Assembly: GCA_041690135.1 (NCBI GenBank)
Contig: JAWLHY010000003.1
Span: 416,001 to 480,000 of the forward strand
Length of the DNA: 64,000 nt
From: Armatimonadota bacterium
GTDB lineage: Bacteria; Armatimonadota; SYMT01
Reading direction: 5' to 3'
In this document: one piece after another, positions 45,972 to 60,030 of the stretch
How positions within the stretch are numbered: position 1 is the first letter of the stretch
Layout of the letters: each line of letters opens with the position of its first letter
Program-made: the position numbers and the translations under genes
Notes under the pieces: model-generated
The model's input: the letters and a program-made list of their open reading frames with translations, nothing else
The model's database searches: none
What the model was told of the DNA's origin: nothing

Positions 45972-47600
45972 TCAGCGAGGCTCGTGAATCGTTTCACCGG
46001 CGGCGATGCTCATCAGGACCTCCGGGTCCACCGGTTTGGGAAGGTAGGCATCGAAGCCCGCCGCTCGACCTCGCTCCACGTCTTCCGGCTGCGAATAGCC
46101 GGAGATCGCGACCAGGCGCGTGCCCTGTGTTCGGCGATCACGCCGGAGCGCTTCCGCAACCCCGTAGCCGTTCATTCCCGGTAGTCCAATATCGCACAGG
46201 ATCAGGTGTGGGCTCCAGGCGCGTGCGGCCTCCACGCCTTCCTGGCCGCTAAAGGCGAGGCGAACCTCGTAACCTTCGATCCCCAGGAGTTCCTGGAGAG
46301 TTTCGGCGGCATCCCGATTATCCTCAATGATGAGCACCCGTCGACCCTCGCCGCGGCGCCCCGGCGCCTCCCGAGCGGCCGGTGGCCGGGAAGAGGCGGG
46401 GGTCGGCGGCGGAGTGGGGAGTAGTGGGAGAGAAATGGTGAACTCCGCTCCCTGGCCGGGCCCGGCGCTGGACGCTGCGATGGCGCCGCCGTGCATCTCC
46501 ACGATCCCTTTGACGAGAGCCAGACCCAGTCCGAGCCCGCCGGTGGTGCGGGCCAGGTCCTGGCGGCCCTGGACGAAACTCTCCCAGATCGTGGGCAGCA
46601 GCTCGGCGGGGATGCCCGCTCCGGTGTCCCGGACCGACACCACCGCCTGTTCCAGGTCGCCCTTGACTTCTTTGCGTACTCCCACGCAGATCCGATCTCC
46701 GGACGTGGTGAATTTCCCTGCGTTGTTCAAGAGGTTGCCCACCGCCTGGCAAAGTCGTACGCGGTCTCCCTGGACGATCAACGGTTCCTGCGGAAGGTCC
46801 GCGTCGACGCGCACTCCAGAGTTCTCCAATCCCAGGCGGTAGTCGTCGACGCAACTGCGGACGGTCTCCACCAGATTCAGGGTCTCGCTCTGAAGCGTGA
46901 GGTTCCCTCGCGAGATGCGAGAGACTTCGAGAAGGTCGGCGACGATCCTGGCCATGTGCTCCGCCTGACGCTTGATGATCTCTCGCTGACGCTGGAGCTG
47001 GGGGTCGGCTGGGCCACGCGCGCGCAGCACCGCAACCGCCGTGAGGATGGGTGCCAGCGGATTGCGCAGTTCATGCGCGAGCATGGCGAGGAACTCGTCT
47101 TTGCGGCGATCCGCTTCCTGGAGCTCGCGAGTAGTTCGGCGGCTTTCTTCCAGCAGACGCGCGTTCTCCTCCGCCCTGGCCCGGAGTTCCTCACGCTGGC
47201 GGGCCACCTCTTGCCGCTGCCGGTAGAGTTCAAAGAACACTTCCGCCTTGCTCCGGAGGATGTGCGGATTGACCGGCTTGAAGAGAAAATCCACCGCGCC
47301 GGCGTCATAGCCCCGGAAGCGGCGTTGTTCGTCGATGGCGCCGGCCGTGAGGAAGATGATCGGCACCCGCCGGGTCCGCTCGGTACCGCGCATCAGCTCC
47401 GCCAGCTCAAACCCGTCCATTCCCGGCATCTGCACGTCCACGATGGCGAGCGCCACGTCATGCACCAGCAGCAGTTCCAGGGCCTCCGTGCCGGAGCAGG
47501 CCTTGAGGATCTCCAGCCCTTCTTGTTGCAGCAGGGCCTCGAGCGCGAGGAGATTGCCCTCAAGATCGTCTACCAGCAGGAATTTGACCGGTGCATGCAT
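45972..47600 (-). CDS. Hybrid histidine kinase (REC-HisKA-HATPase-REC)
   Basis: LVDD/DVQMP.MDG N-terminal REC; LAHELRNPL; NLLNNA.KF; GGLGLGL; C-terminal REC DIGLP. Confidence 0.92.
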   Translation of the reverse strand: MHAPVKFLLVDDLEGNLLALEALLQQEGLEILKACSGTEALELLLVHDVALAIVDVQMPGMDGFELAELMRGTERTRRVPIIFLTAGAIDEQRRFRGYDAGAVDFLFKPVNPHILRSKAEVFFELYRQRQEVARQREELRARAEENARLLEESRRTTRELQEADRRKDEFLAMLAHELRNPLAPILTAVAVLRARGPADPQLQRQREIIKRQAEHMARIVADLLEVSRISRGNLTLQSETLNLVETVRSCVDDYRLGLENSGVRVDADLPQEPLIVQGDRVRLCQAVGNLLNNAGKFTTSGDRICVGVRKEVKGDLEQAVVSVRDTGAGIPAELLPTIWESFVQGRQDLARTTGGLGLGLALVKGIVEMHGGAIAASSAGPGQGAEFTISLPLLPTPPPTPASSRPPAAREAPGRRGEGRRVLIIEDNRDAAETLQELLGIEGYEVRLAFSGQEGVEAARAWSPHLILCDIGLPGMNGYGVAEALRRDRRTQGTRLVAISGYSQPEDVERGRAAGFDAYLPKPVDPEVLMSIAAGETIHEPR

Positions 47601-47608
47601 ATTCCCTA

Positions 47609-48241
47609 TTACCCAACCCCCCCGATACCCTGGAGAAAGCCCAGGATCTGTGCAAGACTCATGGCGCGAGCTTTAGGGCAAGCCGCAAGGGCGGCCTGCG
47701 GCATCGCCGGGACCAGCGCCGATTCGGGGCTTTGAACCAGGGCCTGCCCCCCTGCCTCGCAGATCTTCCGAAGTCCTCGCGCCCCGTCCGAGTTGGCTCC
47801 GGTGAGAATGATCCCGAGCAGGTTTTCACCGTATGCGTCGGCCGCCGTCTCGAAGAGCACATCGATCGACGGTCGAGAATAGAGGACCGGTTCATCGCTG
47901 GAGAGTGAAAGACGCCGGTCCGGTTCTATCAGCAGGTGATAATCCGGTGGGGCAAAGTACGCGGTACCGGGCTGTATCGCCTCCTTGTCCTCGGCTTCCT
48001 TGACCTCGATCCGGCATCTGCCCTGGAACAAATCGGCCAGGGCGCTGCGCCTGTCGCGAGGTAAGTGGACCACCACCATCAGCGGAAGTGCGAACTCCGA
48101 CGGAAGCTCGGGAAGAATGAGGGACAGCGCTTCGATGGCGCCGGCCGACGCCCCCACCACGACCGCGTCAATCCGGGCTACCGGGGTGGGCCGGGCTTCC
48201 GGGGTGGGAGTTTGTGCCTGCGGTTGGTCAGGTCCGGTCAC
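47609..48241 (-). CDS. cheB: CheB methylesterase, catalytic domain only
   Basis: GASAG; VVH; APPDYHL; RPSIDVLF; LTGANSDG; GTG start at 48241 overlaps the cheR stop. Confidence 0.88.
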   Translation of the reverse strand: MTGPDQPQAQTPTPEARPTPVARIDAVVVGASAGAIEALSLILPELPSEFALPLMVVVHLPRDRRSALADLFQGRCRIEVKEAEDKEAIQPGTAYFAPPDYHLLIEPDRRLSLSSDEPVLYSRPSIDVLFETAADAYGENLLGIILTGANSDGARGLRKICEAGGQALVQSPESALVPAMPQAALAACPKARAMSLAQILGFLQGIGGVG

Positions 48242-49065
48242 GCTATCTCTCGCTTCTGATAGATTCGCTCCTCCCGGACAAAATCGACGAAAGCGTCCGC
48301 ATGCGCGGAGAACCGCAGGTTTTCCTTGGCGCCCAAACCCAGGAATCCTTTCCGCACCAGAGAGTCTTTGAACAGCCCGATGGCGCGGTCCTGCAACTCC
48401 CGATCGAAGTAGATGAGCACATTGCGGCAGGAGATGAGGTGCATCTCCGCGAAGACCGCGTCCGAAACGAGGCTGTGATCCGAGAAAACGGCACGGGCGC
48501 GGAGACTCTTGTCGAAAACGGCCCCCCCGTAGGCGGCCGTGTAGTAATCGGACAGGGAGGATTTGCCGCCCGAGCGGCGGTGGTTTTCGGTGAAGAGGGG
48601 GACACGGTCCAACTCGTACACCCCGGCCTCGGCCTTCCGCAGGGCGTCCGGGTTGATGTCGGTCCCGTAGAACATCGTCCGGCTCTCCAGTCCTTCTTCG
48701 CGGAAGAGGATGGCCAGGGAGTAGAGCTCCTCTCCCGTGCTGCAGCCGGCTACCCAGACCTTCAGTGACGGGTACGTCTTCAGATGCGGCACCACCCGCT
48801 CCCGCAGCGCCCGGAAGTAGGATGGATCGCGGAACATCTCGCTCACCTGCACGGTGAGATAGCCCAGGAGTTCCGACAGCACAGCCGGCTCGTGCAGCAG
48901 CCGGTCCTGAAGAAGCGAAAAGCTCCGGCACCCGAAGTGTTCGCGCGCCTGCAGCAGACGGCGCTTGAGAGAGGCGGTGGAGTAGCCCCGGAAGTCGTAA
49001 TGGTACTTCAGGTGAATCGCTTCGAGCAGCAGCCGGATCTCGATGTCCTCGGTTTTCTTCGGCAC
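48238..49065 (-). CDS. cheR: CheR-type protein-glutamate methyltransferase
   Basis: YDFR.Y; SEMFRDP; WVAGCSTGEE.YS; GTDIN; ISCRNVLIYF. Confidence 0.93.
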   Translation of the reverse strand: MPKKTEDIEIRLLLEAIHLKYHYDFRGYSTASLKRRLLQAREHFGCRSFSLLQDRLLHEPAVLSELLGYLTVQVSEMFRDPSYFRALRERVVPHLKTYPSLKVWVAGCSTGEELYSLAILFREEGLESRTMFYGTDINPDALRKAEAGVYELDRVPLFTENHRRSGGKSSLSDYYTAAYGGAVFDKSLRARAVFSDHSLVSDAVFAEMHLISCRNVLIYFDRELQDRAIGLFKDSLVRKGFLGLGAKENLRFSAHADAFVDFVREERIYQKREIA

Positions 49066-49079
49066 GGCTCAGGTCCTCC

Positions 49080-52247
<3,168 letters not shown>

Positions 52248-52571
52248 GCTGGGCGAATTCCTGCGAAGATCGGCGAGGGTCCAGGCGTGCGATCACGATC
52301 GCCACGAGACGCTGCAAGCCATGTCCGGCGGCGTACCGCCCCATCGCATGCGGGACCATGTCCTTCCGGACGGAAGGTGGGACGCCAGCTAACTGGCCTG
52401 ACGAGAGGCCACCGTTGAGGTTGGCCAACTACTAACCGTACGGCCGCCATATTGGCCATCTGTACAGTTTTGAATATATTATAGCGCTAATGCTTGCGGG
52501 TTAGGGAAATACGATCCGGGAAGGCAGTCGCTCCTCTCTGCCGATGATCCCGCTACCTAAAGACCGCAGTA

Positions 52572-55025
52572 CTAGGCTGCGTTAACCTGGAGAACCAGGA
52601 TGGCAATGTCGTCCCGGAGGTTACCCTCCTGGAAATCCATCACCGCCCGATCGAGCCGTTTGGCGATGGCGGAGGCGTCCATTCCGGCGCAAGTGCCGAG
52701 CAACGCCGCCAGTCGCTCCTCGCCAAAGAGCTCGTGATCCGTGCGGGCCTCCGTAACTCCATCCGTATAGAGGACGACGGCATCACCGGGTCCCAACTCC
52801 AGGATCTCCTCCGTCGCTTCCAGATCGGGAAGAACGCCCAGGAGCATTCCGGTGGTGGCGAGCATCTCGACGTGGCCGTTGCGGCGCATCACCAGTGGGG
52901 GGAGATGCCCGCCGGAAGCCAGCGTGAGCCGGGCTCCGTGGGGAATCAACTCCAGTCGCAGGTAGGCGACGGTGATAAAGCGTTCGCCGGTGCATTGCCG
53001 CAAGAGCGCCTCGTTCAGGGCGGCCAGGATTTCCCCGGGGCTAGAGATATGCAGTGTTACTGCCTGTATCGTGTGCCGGGCCAGGGCCGTCACCGCCGCG
53101 GCCTTCGGCCCCTTGCCGTTCACATCTCCGATAACAACGGCCCAGGTGTGATCACTGGTTTCGAACAGATCGTAGAAGTCGCCTCCCACCTCAATGCCTT
53201 CCCCCGCCGCCCGGAAGCAGGCAGCCAGGGTCATTCCGGGGATGCGCGGGAGCTCCGGTGGCAGCAGGCTCTGTTGCAGGGTGTGAGCGATCTCCCGCTG
53301 GTGGCGGTAAAGCCGGGCATTGTCGATGGCCAGGGCTGCCCGGCCGGCGATCTCCTCCGCCAGGAGGAGATCGGCCGGAACGTAACGGCGCCCGGACTCG
53401 GCATAGAGGAAGCTCAACGCGCCGAGGATGCGGCCGCGTGCCAGGAGTGGAATGATCATTGCGGATTGCGGTCGCAGTTCCTGGAGGAGGCGAAGATGCT
53501 CGTCACCCTGAGCGGCCTCGGCGAAGATGACGTCACGGAGTTCCGGCGCATACACCGGCTTCCCTGTGCGTAATACCTCGGTGACTCCCGTCGCCTGACC
53601 CCGGTCCGGTGGAAAGCGGCGCAGTTCGCGGGCCAGCAAGGCTTTCCCGGGGTCCGCGTGCGCAACCGCCAGCCGCCGCAGCGATCCATCCTCTTCCACC
53701 AGATCTACGGTGCAGTAATCCGCCAGGAGCGGGACGGCAAGGCGTGCGACCCGCTCCAGCGTTACCTCGTATTCCAGGGTAGAGGCAAGTTCCTTGCTTG
53801 CTTCCGCCAGGAACGTTAAAGCCGCTTCCGCGCGTTTGCGCACGGTAATATCCCGCACCACGCAGATCAGCCCGCCTGCTGCGAAGGCGGTGAGAGAGAC
53901 CTCCTGGGGGAAATGGCTGCCGTCGCGGCGTTGTCCCGTCGCCTCGCCGCGCCAGCGCCCCTCTCGCTGGACGATCGGCGTGATCTCTCGCTCGAAGCGG
54001 AGCCTTTCCTCTTCCTGGTAGAGCTCCCTCCAGGATCGGCCGAGCAGCGCTTCCGGGCTTTCATACCCGTATAACGCGGCATGGGCGTGGTTTACGTAGA
54101 CATACCGTTCGTCCACATCCAGGATGGCCACCCCGTCCATCGAGGCTTCCACGGCCGCGCGGAGAACATCCAGGGCTTCCTGGGTCCGCTTTTGCTCGGT
54201 GATATCCAGGAGTACCCCTCGAAGCTGGATGGCTTTTCCGTCTTCACTCCGCGCCACCCTCACGAGATGCCGGAGCCAGAGCACCCGGCCGTTGGAGGCA
54301 AGGGTCCGGTATTCGAGTTGATGATCCCGCCCCGCCTGTGTGGCCTCCCGGCAGTAAGTGACCACCCACTCCCGGTCCTCGGGATGCAGCACCCGTTTCC
54401 AGAAGTCGGGCCGGGTAAGCCATTCCTGGACTGGATAGCCGAGGATCCTTTCCGCGGGCTGGTTTACGAACGTGAACCGGAAGGGCGAAGTGTCCGCTTC
54501 CCAAACGATCGCTTCCAAACCCTGTACGAGGTCGTGAAACCGCTTCTCGGCCGCCTCGGCAAGCCTGCGTGCCGCCTGTTCGCTCGTGAGGGCCTCCTCT
54601 CGAATTCGGGCTGTTTCGACTGCGTGGAGAGCGACCCGGCGCTGGGCATGCACGCCCCAGTTGATCAGAGCCGCCGCGATGACAAACTGCACGATCCGCA
54701 GATAGGTGGAGAGCTGTTGAACCGCGGGGGATGCGTCGGACTGAAGGAGAAAGTAACTGCCGGCGAGGGCTCCCAGGCCGGTAGCCAGGAGCCCGGGCCC
54801 CAGGCCGCCATAGAGACCGCTGATGACCACGGCAACCAGGAAGACAAAGAAGGGGCTCTCCCGGAGCAACGGCTCCAGGAGCAACATCAGGCATAATGCA
54901 ACGCCGGCAGCAATCAGGGCCACGCCATAGCGAACGGCAGAATCGCCCCATGCTGCACGTTCATGACGCGCGGGTTGAGGTCGCGGATGGACAGGGACCC
55001 GATTGGGACGCAGGCTGATGCTCAC
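52572..55025 (-). CDS. SpoIIE/RsbU-type PP2C phosphatase with TM, two PAS and GAF domains
   Basis: LQQSLLP; VGGDFYD; IGDVNGKG; YTDGVTEAR; DDIA. Confidence 0.9.
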   Translation of the reverse strand: MSISLRPNRVPVHPRPQPARHERAAWGDSAVRYGVALIAAGVALCLMLLLEPLLRESPFFVFLVAVVISGLYGGLGPGLLATGLGALAGSYFLLQSDASPAVQQLSTYLRIVQFVIAAALINWGVHAQRRVALHAVETARIREEALTSEQAARRLAEAAEKRFHDLVQGLEAIVWEADTSPFRFTFVNQPAERILGYPVQEWLTRPDFWKRVLHPEDREWVVTYCREATQAGRDHQLEYRTLASNGRVLWLRHLVRVARSEDGKAIQLRGVLLDITEQKRTQEALDVLRAAVEASMDGVAILDVDERYVYVNHAHAALYGYESPEALLGRSWRELYQEEERLRFEREITPIVQREGRWRGEATGQRRDGSHFPQEVSLTAFAAGGLICVVRDITVRKRAEAALTFLAEASKELASTLEYEVTLERVARLAVPLLADYCTVDLVEEDGSLRRLAVAHADPGKALLARELRRFPPDRGQATGVTEVLRTGKPVYAPELRDVIFAEAAQGDEHLRLLQELRPQSAMIIPLLARGRILGALSFLYAESGRRYVPADLLLAEEIAGRAALAIDNARLYRHQREIAHTLQQSLLPPELPRIPGMTLAACFRAAGEGIEVGGDFYDLFETSDHTWAVVIGDVNGKGPKAAAVTALARHTIQAVTLHISSPGEILAALNEALLRQCTGERFITVAYLRLELIPHGARLTLASGGHLPPLVMRRNGHVEMLATTGMLLGVLPDLEATEEILELGPGDAVVLYTDGVTEARTDHELFGEERLAALLGTCAGMDASAIAKRLDRAVMDFQEGNLRDDIAILVLQVNAA

Positions 55026-55394
55026 GCGAAGCCTCCCGGAAAAGAGTGGTAGTCGCGACCCCCGTTGCCAGTTTTCCTGCCGCTTGCAGCCCTTGCATCT
55101 CCATTATGGACGATCCCTCGCCAACTGCCATTTACTCTTCAGATTTTGTATATGTGTGCAAAAAGGTTATGGATTGGACACTAGTATACCCAGGCAGTAT
55201 TGAGATCACTGCGTGGAACGGGAGGGATTCGCAGCGGCCCTGACTCCGCGGTTGTTCTTCAATAGGGGTCTCATTCCGGTGGTCCTGGGACGCCCACGGG
55301 AAGCGGTTTGCGCCCGCGGCGAAAGTAACCGGGCTGACCTGCCGTTCCGGCAGCCCCCAGAACCCCGCCCGATTGCAGAGCACCTCCCCTGGGT

Positions 55395-55721
55395 ATGAGG
55401 GGGAAGGCGGGAATGGGGGAGGGTGACTTGCTGCGCCGGAGCATTGGGCGGATCTGGATGGCACTCATGCTTGCGCTGCCAGCGTTGCCTGGCAACGCCT
55501 GCCCCATTTGTGAGACCGACACGGGGCAACAGGTGCGGCAGGGGATCTTTGACGGTAGCTTCGGCTGGAACGTGTTCGTCACGCTCCTCCCCTTTCCGAT
55601 TCTTCTGGGTGTCGTGCTGGCCATCTACTTCGGTATTCCCCGCCCTGTGAGGCTCATGGGCCGGCGATCGGACGCACGAATTACGGCGGGGCCGGAGGAA
55701 GCCCGGCGACCGCGGCTGTGA
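55395..55721 (+). CDS. Small exported/membrane hypothetical protein with CxxC
   Basis: Signal-like segment, then ACPICET.TG.QVR.GIF and one TM helix; immediately upstream of the DUF2243 gene. Start uncertain. Confidence 0.55.
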   Translation: MRGKAGMGEGDLLRRSIGRIWMALMLALPALPGNACPICETDTGQQVRQGIFDGSFGWNVFVTLLPFPILLGVVLAIYFGIPRPVRLMGRRSDARITAGPEEARRPRL

Positions 55722-55729
55722 GTTGACCT

Positions 55730-56248
55730 ATGCAGAACGTTCCGAACTACCGCCCGCTGATTGCGGCGGGGACGGCACTGGGGATCGGCCTGGGAGGCTT
55801 CGTGGACGGCATTCTCCTGCACCAGATCCTCCAGGTCCACAACATGCTGTCCGCGGTGCGACCGAAGACCACGCTCGTGAACATGGAGATCAACATGTTC
55901 TGGGATGGGCTCTTCCACGCCTTTACCTGGATCATGACCGCCATCGGCCTGGCCATGCTCTGGGGGGCCGTTCGGCGTCCCGACGTGCCGCTCTCTAACC
56001 GGTGCTTCGCCGGCTCCCTGATTATGGGCTGGGGGATCTTCAACGTGGTGGAAGGCACCCTCGACCATCACGTTCTCCATCTCCACCACGTGGTGGAGCG
56101 GCTCGGCGTCTCCGTTTTCGACTATGCCTTCCTGGGCGCGAGCGTGCTGTTGATCCTCGGAGGCTGGAGCCTGATCCGCGCGGGGATGGCGGAGGGGGAG
56201 GTCGGCGCCGCTTCTCATCGATCCCAGGGCCGGGGCCTGGTCGGATAA
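55730..56248 (+). CDS. DUF2243 membrane protein
   Basis: GFVDGILLHQILQ.H; DGLFH; FN.VEG..DHH.L.LHHV His-rich motifs. Confidence 0.85.
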   Translation: MQNVPNYRPLIAAGTALGIGLGGFVDGILLHQILQVHNMLSAVRPKTTLVNMEINMFWDGLFHAFTWIMTAIGLAMLWGAVRRPDVPLSNRCFAGSLIMGWGIFNVVEGTLDHHVLHLHHVVERLGVSVFDYAFLGASVLLILGGWSLIRAGMAEGEVGAASHRSQGRGLVG

Positions 56249-56254
56249 CCGGTG

Positions 56255-57586
56255 TCAAGTCGCTCGTCCGCGCTGCCTCGGCTGCGCCTGTCTTCTCCGC
56301 GCGCCATAGAAATGCATCAACGGCGTCACCGAAGTTCCGTGGAGCACGACCGAAACCGCGATCGAGATCAGGGTCAGAGCCGTGAGGGGGTGCGCCAGGT
56401 CGGGCGGCAGGCCATGTTGGAGCGCATAGGCGAGGTAATAGAGTGAGCCGACCCCGCGGATGCCGAACCAGGCCATGAGCCGGCGCTGCAGGGGCATCGC
56501 TTCCGAGCCCAGCAGCCCGATCTCCACCGACAGAGGCCGGATAAGGAGAAAGAAGAGCGGCACAAACCAGAGTGTCTCCGCAAGAAAGTAGTGCCGGGAG
56601 AGCATGGTGCCCACCAGCACCACCACCCCTACCGTGATGATCCGCTCGAGCTGTTCGTTGAAGCTCAAGAGCGCATGGGCCATGTAAGCCGGGGCATGCT
56701 CCGCGTGGGTAGCCAGCCCGGCGCCAGCCTCACCACCACCCACTGCCGCCACGTCGGGCGGGGGAGCAGCACCGCTGGATTGGCTCTCGATGCGCCGCAG
56801 CGCCAGGCCCGCCGCAAAGACGGAGAGAAACCCGTAGGTGTGCACCAGGAGCGCCACTCCGTAGGATAAGCCGATCAGGCCGACCGCCAGGAAATCATCC
56901 AGGCCCACGGCCTCGCGATACTCGCGGCGGAGGTAGAGCACCAGACGTCCGATCAGGGTTCCCAGAACCGCGCCGACTGCCAGCCCTCCCCCCACGGCCC
57001 AGAGCAGGTCTACCGCGAACCAGCGCCAGCCCCCTTCCCCCAGTTCGTGCAGCCCGAGCAGACCCAGCCCCAGCATCACGAAAGGAAACGCGGTACCGTC
57101 GTTGAGACCCGCTTCGCCGGTCAGGCCAAACCGCAGCCGGTCCCGATCGGTCGCACTCTCGACCTGCACATCGGAGGCGAGTACGGGATCGGTGGGGGCG
57201 AGCACCGCGCCGAGGAGGACGGCCGCGCCGAGTGGGAGCCCCAGGCCCAGTACGCCTACCAGCGTGATCAGCGCGACGGTGATGCCCATCGAGAGGAACG
57301 CGAGCCGCACGGGCGTTTGCCAGTTCCCATTAGCGAGCGGGGTACGCAGCTTGAGGCCCGCGGAGAAGAGTGAGATGATGACCGCTACTTCCGTGAGCCG
57401 TTCCAACAGGGCGGAATCCCGGAGCGGGTCGAGCCGAATCCACCCGTATCCCAGTGCGCCGAGGACTGCGCCCAGGACGAGGTAGAGGAGCGCGGCCGTC
57501 AGCGGCAGTCGCCTCAGCACCGTAGGGGTGAGAGCCAGGGTTATGAAGAGCAACCCGAGAATGATGTACGCCGCGGTAGCCGTCAT
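56255..57586 (-). CDS. Cation:proton antiporter (NhaP/CPA1 family)
   Basis: LAPTDPVLA; EAGLNDG.AFPF; WFGIRG.GS; about 12 TM helices. Confidence 0.9.
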   Translation of the reverse strand: MTATAAYIILGLLFITLALTPTVLRRLPLTAALLYLVLGAVLGALGYGWIRLDPLRDSALLERLTEVAVIISLFSAGLKLRTPLANGNWQTPVRLAFLSMGITVALITLVGVLGLGLPLGAAVLLGAVLAPTDPVLASDVQVESATDRDRLRFGLTGEAGLNDGTAFPFVMLGLGLLGLHELGEGGWRWFAVDLLWAVGGGLAVGAVLGTLIGRLVLYLRREYREAVGLDDFLAVGLIGLSYGVALLVHTYGFLSVFAAGLALRRIESQSSGAAPPPDVAAVGGGEAGAGLATHAEHAPAYMAHALLSFNEQLERIITVGVVVLVGTMLSRHYFLAETLWFVPLFFLLIRPLSVEIGLLGSEAMPLQRRLMAWFGIRGVGSLYYLAYALQHGLPPDLAHPLTALTLISIAVSVVLHGTSVTPLMHFYGARRRQAQPRQRGRAT

Positions 57587-57936
57587 CGAACCTGCGCCTC
57601 AACTCGCATCGCCGCTGGCACCTCAAGACCAGCTGTCGAGTACCAGCCATGACAGATACCCAGCTGAACCCTGGTACAAGCAGGGGGCCCCGGTGCACTG
57701 GTGAGGCGCAACCTCCACCAAGCCTGCTGGAGCGCTCGGAGGCACAGGCCTGACGGCCGCCGCGCAAGAGCGCCGCGCCGATCCAACGCCGCATCCGATG
57801 GGTAATCCGCACTGACTCCTATTTAACCGTTGCCAGCGACGGTTTCCCTTCGGCACGCCCGGAACTGGGTAGAACGCTCGGGAGAACGACGCGCTGCCGG
57901 TAGACGAGCGGATGACGAACGCCGCGGAGGGAGAGC

Positions 57937-59304
57937 ATGAAAGCCCGCCTGGGGAAGGTGATGAATGCGCTGGGGGCCAGCCTGTGGTTCCTGCCCTCGC
58001 TGCTGGCCCTGCTCGGCATCGTTGCGGCCTTCGGGCTGATCGAGCTGGACCGACGCTTGGAGCCGGCAAGCTCCGGGGTGGCCGCGCTCCTGTTTCAGGG
58101 CGGGCCGGAGGGGGCGCGAGCCGTGCTCTCGGCCATCGCTTCCTCCATGATGACGGTGACCGGTGTTACCTTCTCGATCACCGTCGTTTCCCTGACGTTG
58201 GCCGCCCAGCAGTACACCCCGCGGGTGCTGCGGCAATTCGCGGCGGATCGGGGCAACCAGGTGGTGCTGGGCACCTTCATCGCCACCTTCATCTACTCGC
58301 TGCTGGTGCTGCGGGTAGTCCGCGCCGACGACGCGGGGCGGTTCGTCCCGCACCTCGCGGTGACGGGAGGTGTGCTCCTCGCCGTCGCCTCCCTGGCGCT
58401 GCTGATCTACTTCATCCATCACGTGGCGGCGATGATCCAGCCTTCCAACATCATCCGGCGCATCGCCCAAACCACCCTCGAATTGATCGATAACCTGTTT
58501 CCGGAGCCCCTCGGCGAGGGCGCACCGCTCGAGGAAGTGCCGGATGAGAAGATTCCGGATGGCTTGGGACGGGGTGTACCCATTCCCATGGGCCAGACCG
58601 GTTATCTCCAGGCGGTGGATGAGGACGCGTTGATGAAGTTGGCGCGGGAGGAAGATCTCCTGATCCGCCTGGAGCGCAGGGTTGGGGATTACGTGATCCG
58701 GGGAATGCTTCTGGCGACGGTATGGCCCCACCAGCAGGCCCGACCGGATCTGGTCGACTGTGTGAACGGCTGTTTCGCGTTCGGGCGCGACCGGACGATG
58801 CAGCAGGATCCCGAGTACGGCGTGCTCCAGCTCTCCGATATCGGGGTGAAAGCGCTCTCTCCCGGCATCAACGACCCGACGACCGCGATGACCAGCCTGG
58901 ATTTCCTGGGCGCCCTGTTGCACCAGTTCGGAGGGCGCCGGATTCCCTCTCCCTATCGAAAAGACGAGGACGGAACGCTCCGGGTGATAGCGCGCGGGAC
59001 CGACTTCGAGCGGATGGCGGACCTCGCCTTCAGTCAGATCCGCCATTACGGGGAGCAGGACGCGGAAGTGACCCTTCAACTCCTGCGGACCTTATGCGCG
59101 ATCGCGCCCGCCGTGCGGTACCATCCAGATCGGCGGGAGGTGCTTCGGCGTCACCTGGAGGAGGTTCGCGCCGGAATGGAGCGCTCTATCCAGTCGCCCG
59201 CGAAACGGCGGCAGGTGGAACAGCAGTTGGGGGTAACCGAGGAAGCGCTGAGCCGCAGCGCGTCAATCTCCTCCGAGCCCTGCCGGGCGCAGTGGGCTGC
59301 GTAG
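57937..59304 (+). CDS. DUF2254 membrane protein
   Basis: SLWF.P; FSIT...L.LA..QYTPR; QD..YG..QL.DI..KALSPGINDPTTA. Confidence 0.88.
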   Translation: MKARLGKVMNALGASLWFLPSLLALLGIVAAFGLIELDRRLEPASSGVAALLFQGGPEGARAVLSAIASSMMTVTGVTFSITVVSLTLAAQQYTPRVLRQFAADRGNQVVLGTFIATFIYSLLVLRVVRADDAGRFVPHLAVTGGVLLAVASLALLIYFIHHVAAMIQPSNIIRRIAQTTLELIDNLFPEPLGEGAPLEEVPDEKIPDGLGRGVPIPMGQTGYLQAVDEDALMKLAREEDLLIRLERRVGDYVIRGMLLATVWPHQQARPDLVDCVNGCFAFGRDRTMQQDPEYGVLQLSDIGVKALSPGINDPTTAMTSLDFLGALLHQFGGRRIPSPYRKDEDGTLRVIARGTDFERMADLAFSQIRHYGEQDAEVTLQLLRTLCAIAPAVRYHPDRREVLRRHLEEVRAGMERSIQSPAKRRQVEQQLGVTEEALSRSASISSEPCRAQWAA

Positions 59305-59366
59305 CCCGCCGGGTGTGGACGGTGCTTTTGCCCATCACGCCCGGCGGGCCCACCTCGCGGGAGACA

Positions 59367-59729
59367 TCAGGCCGCCATCGCGGTGGTGCGTCCCCCGACC
59401 ATGCGGCGGCAGGATTCGGCGCAGCGGCGGCAGGATTCCGCGCACCGGCGCATCATGTCGTCGTCCGCCATGCGCTCGCAATCCTCGGCGCACCGCTCGC
59501 ACACCTCCGCACACGCCGCGCACGTGTGCACGTGCAGGTCGGAGCCGCGCAGCATGAAGTCGGCGCTGGTCTGGCAGATCTCGACGCAGTCCAGCAGCAG
59601 ACGGATATGCTCCGCCTCGGAATGCCTTCCCCCCTTCTGGAGACAATGGGTGACCGTCTCGACGCAGATGGCGTGGCAACTCTGGCATTCATCGATGCAG
59701 TTTCGCATCTCGGGTGTGATGTTGGGCAT
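59367..59729 (-). CDS. Four-helix-bundle Cys-rich copper storage protein (Csp3/DUF326-like)
   Basis: 120 aa with 16 Cys in CxxxC/CxxC helical spacing; no signal peptide; GAGGAG Shine-Dalgarno before ATG 59729. Confidence 0.88.
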   Translation of the reverse strand: MPNITPEMRNCIDECQSCHAICVETVTHCLQKGGRHSEAEHIRLLLDCVEICQTSADFMLRGSDLHVHTCAACAEVCERCAEDCERMADDDMMRRCAESCRRCAESCRRMVGGRTTAMAA

Positions 59730-60030
59730 GGAACGCTCCTCGTCTGTTCCGGACACAAGTGAAAGGCCGGGTCTCGCCGGGCAGTGCCGGTCGCAGTTAC
59801 CCTCTCCGGTCCAGCCCGAAACACCCACCCAGCTGACCGCGCGCGACCCTGCGTTTGCGCAAAGAAGGAGACGGGCACTGTAGAAGGTCGGCGGGCGCGC
59901 GTGCCTTCCATTCGCCGTCACGCATCCGCAGCCTTCTTACCGCCACCGCACTACGAGCCTGACCCGTGAAAATACGCGACCAAGCCATGGGCGCTGGATC
60001 GGGTGAGCCCGCTTGAGGAGGGACCTGAAA

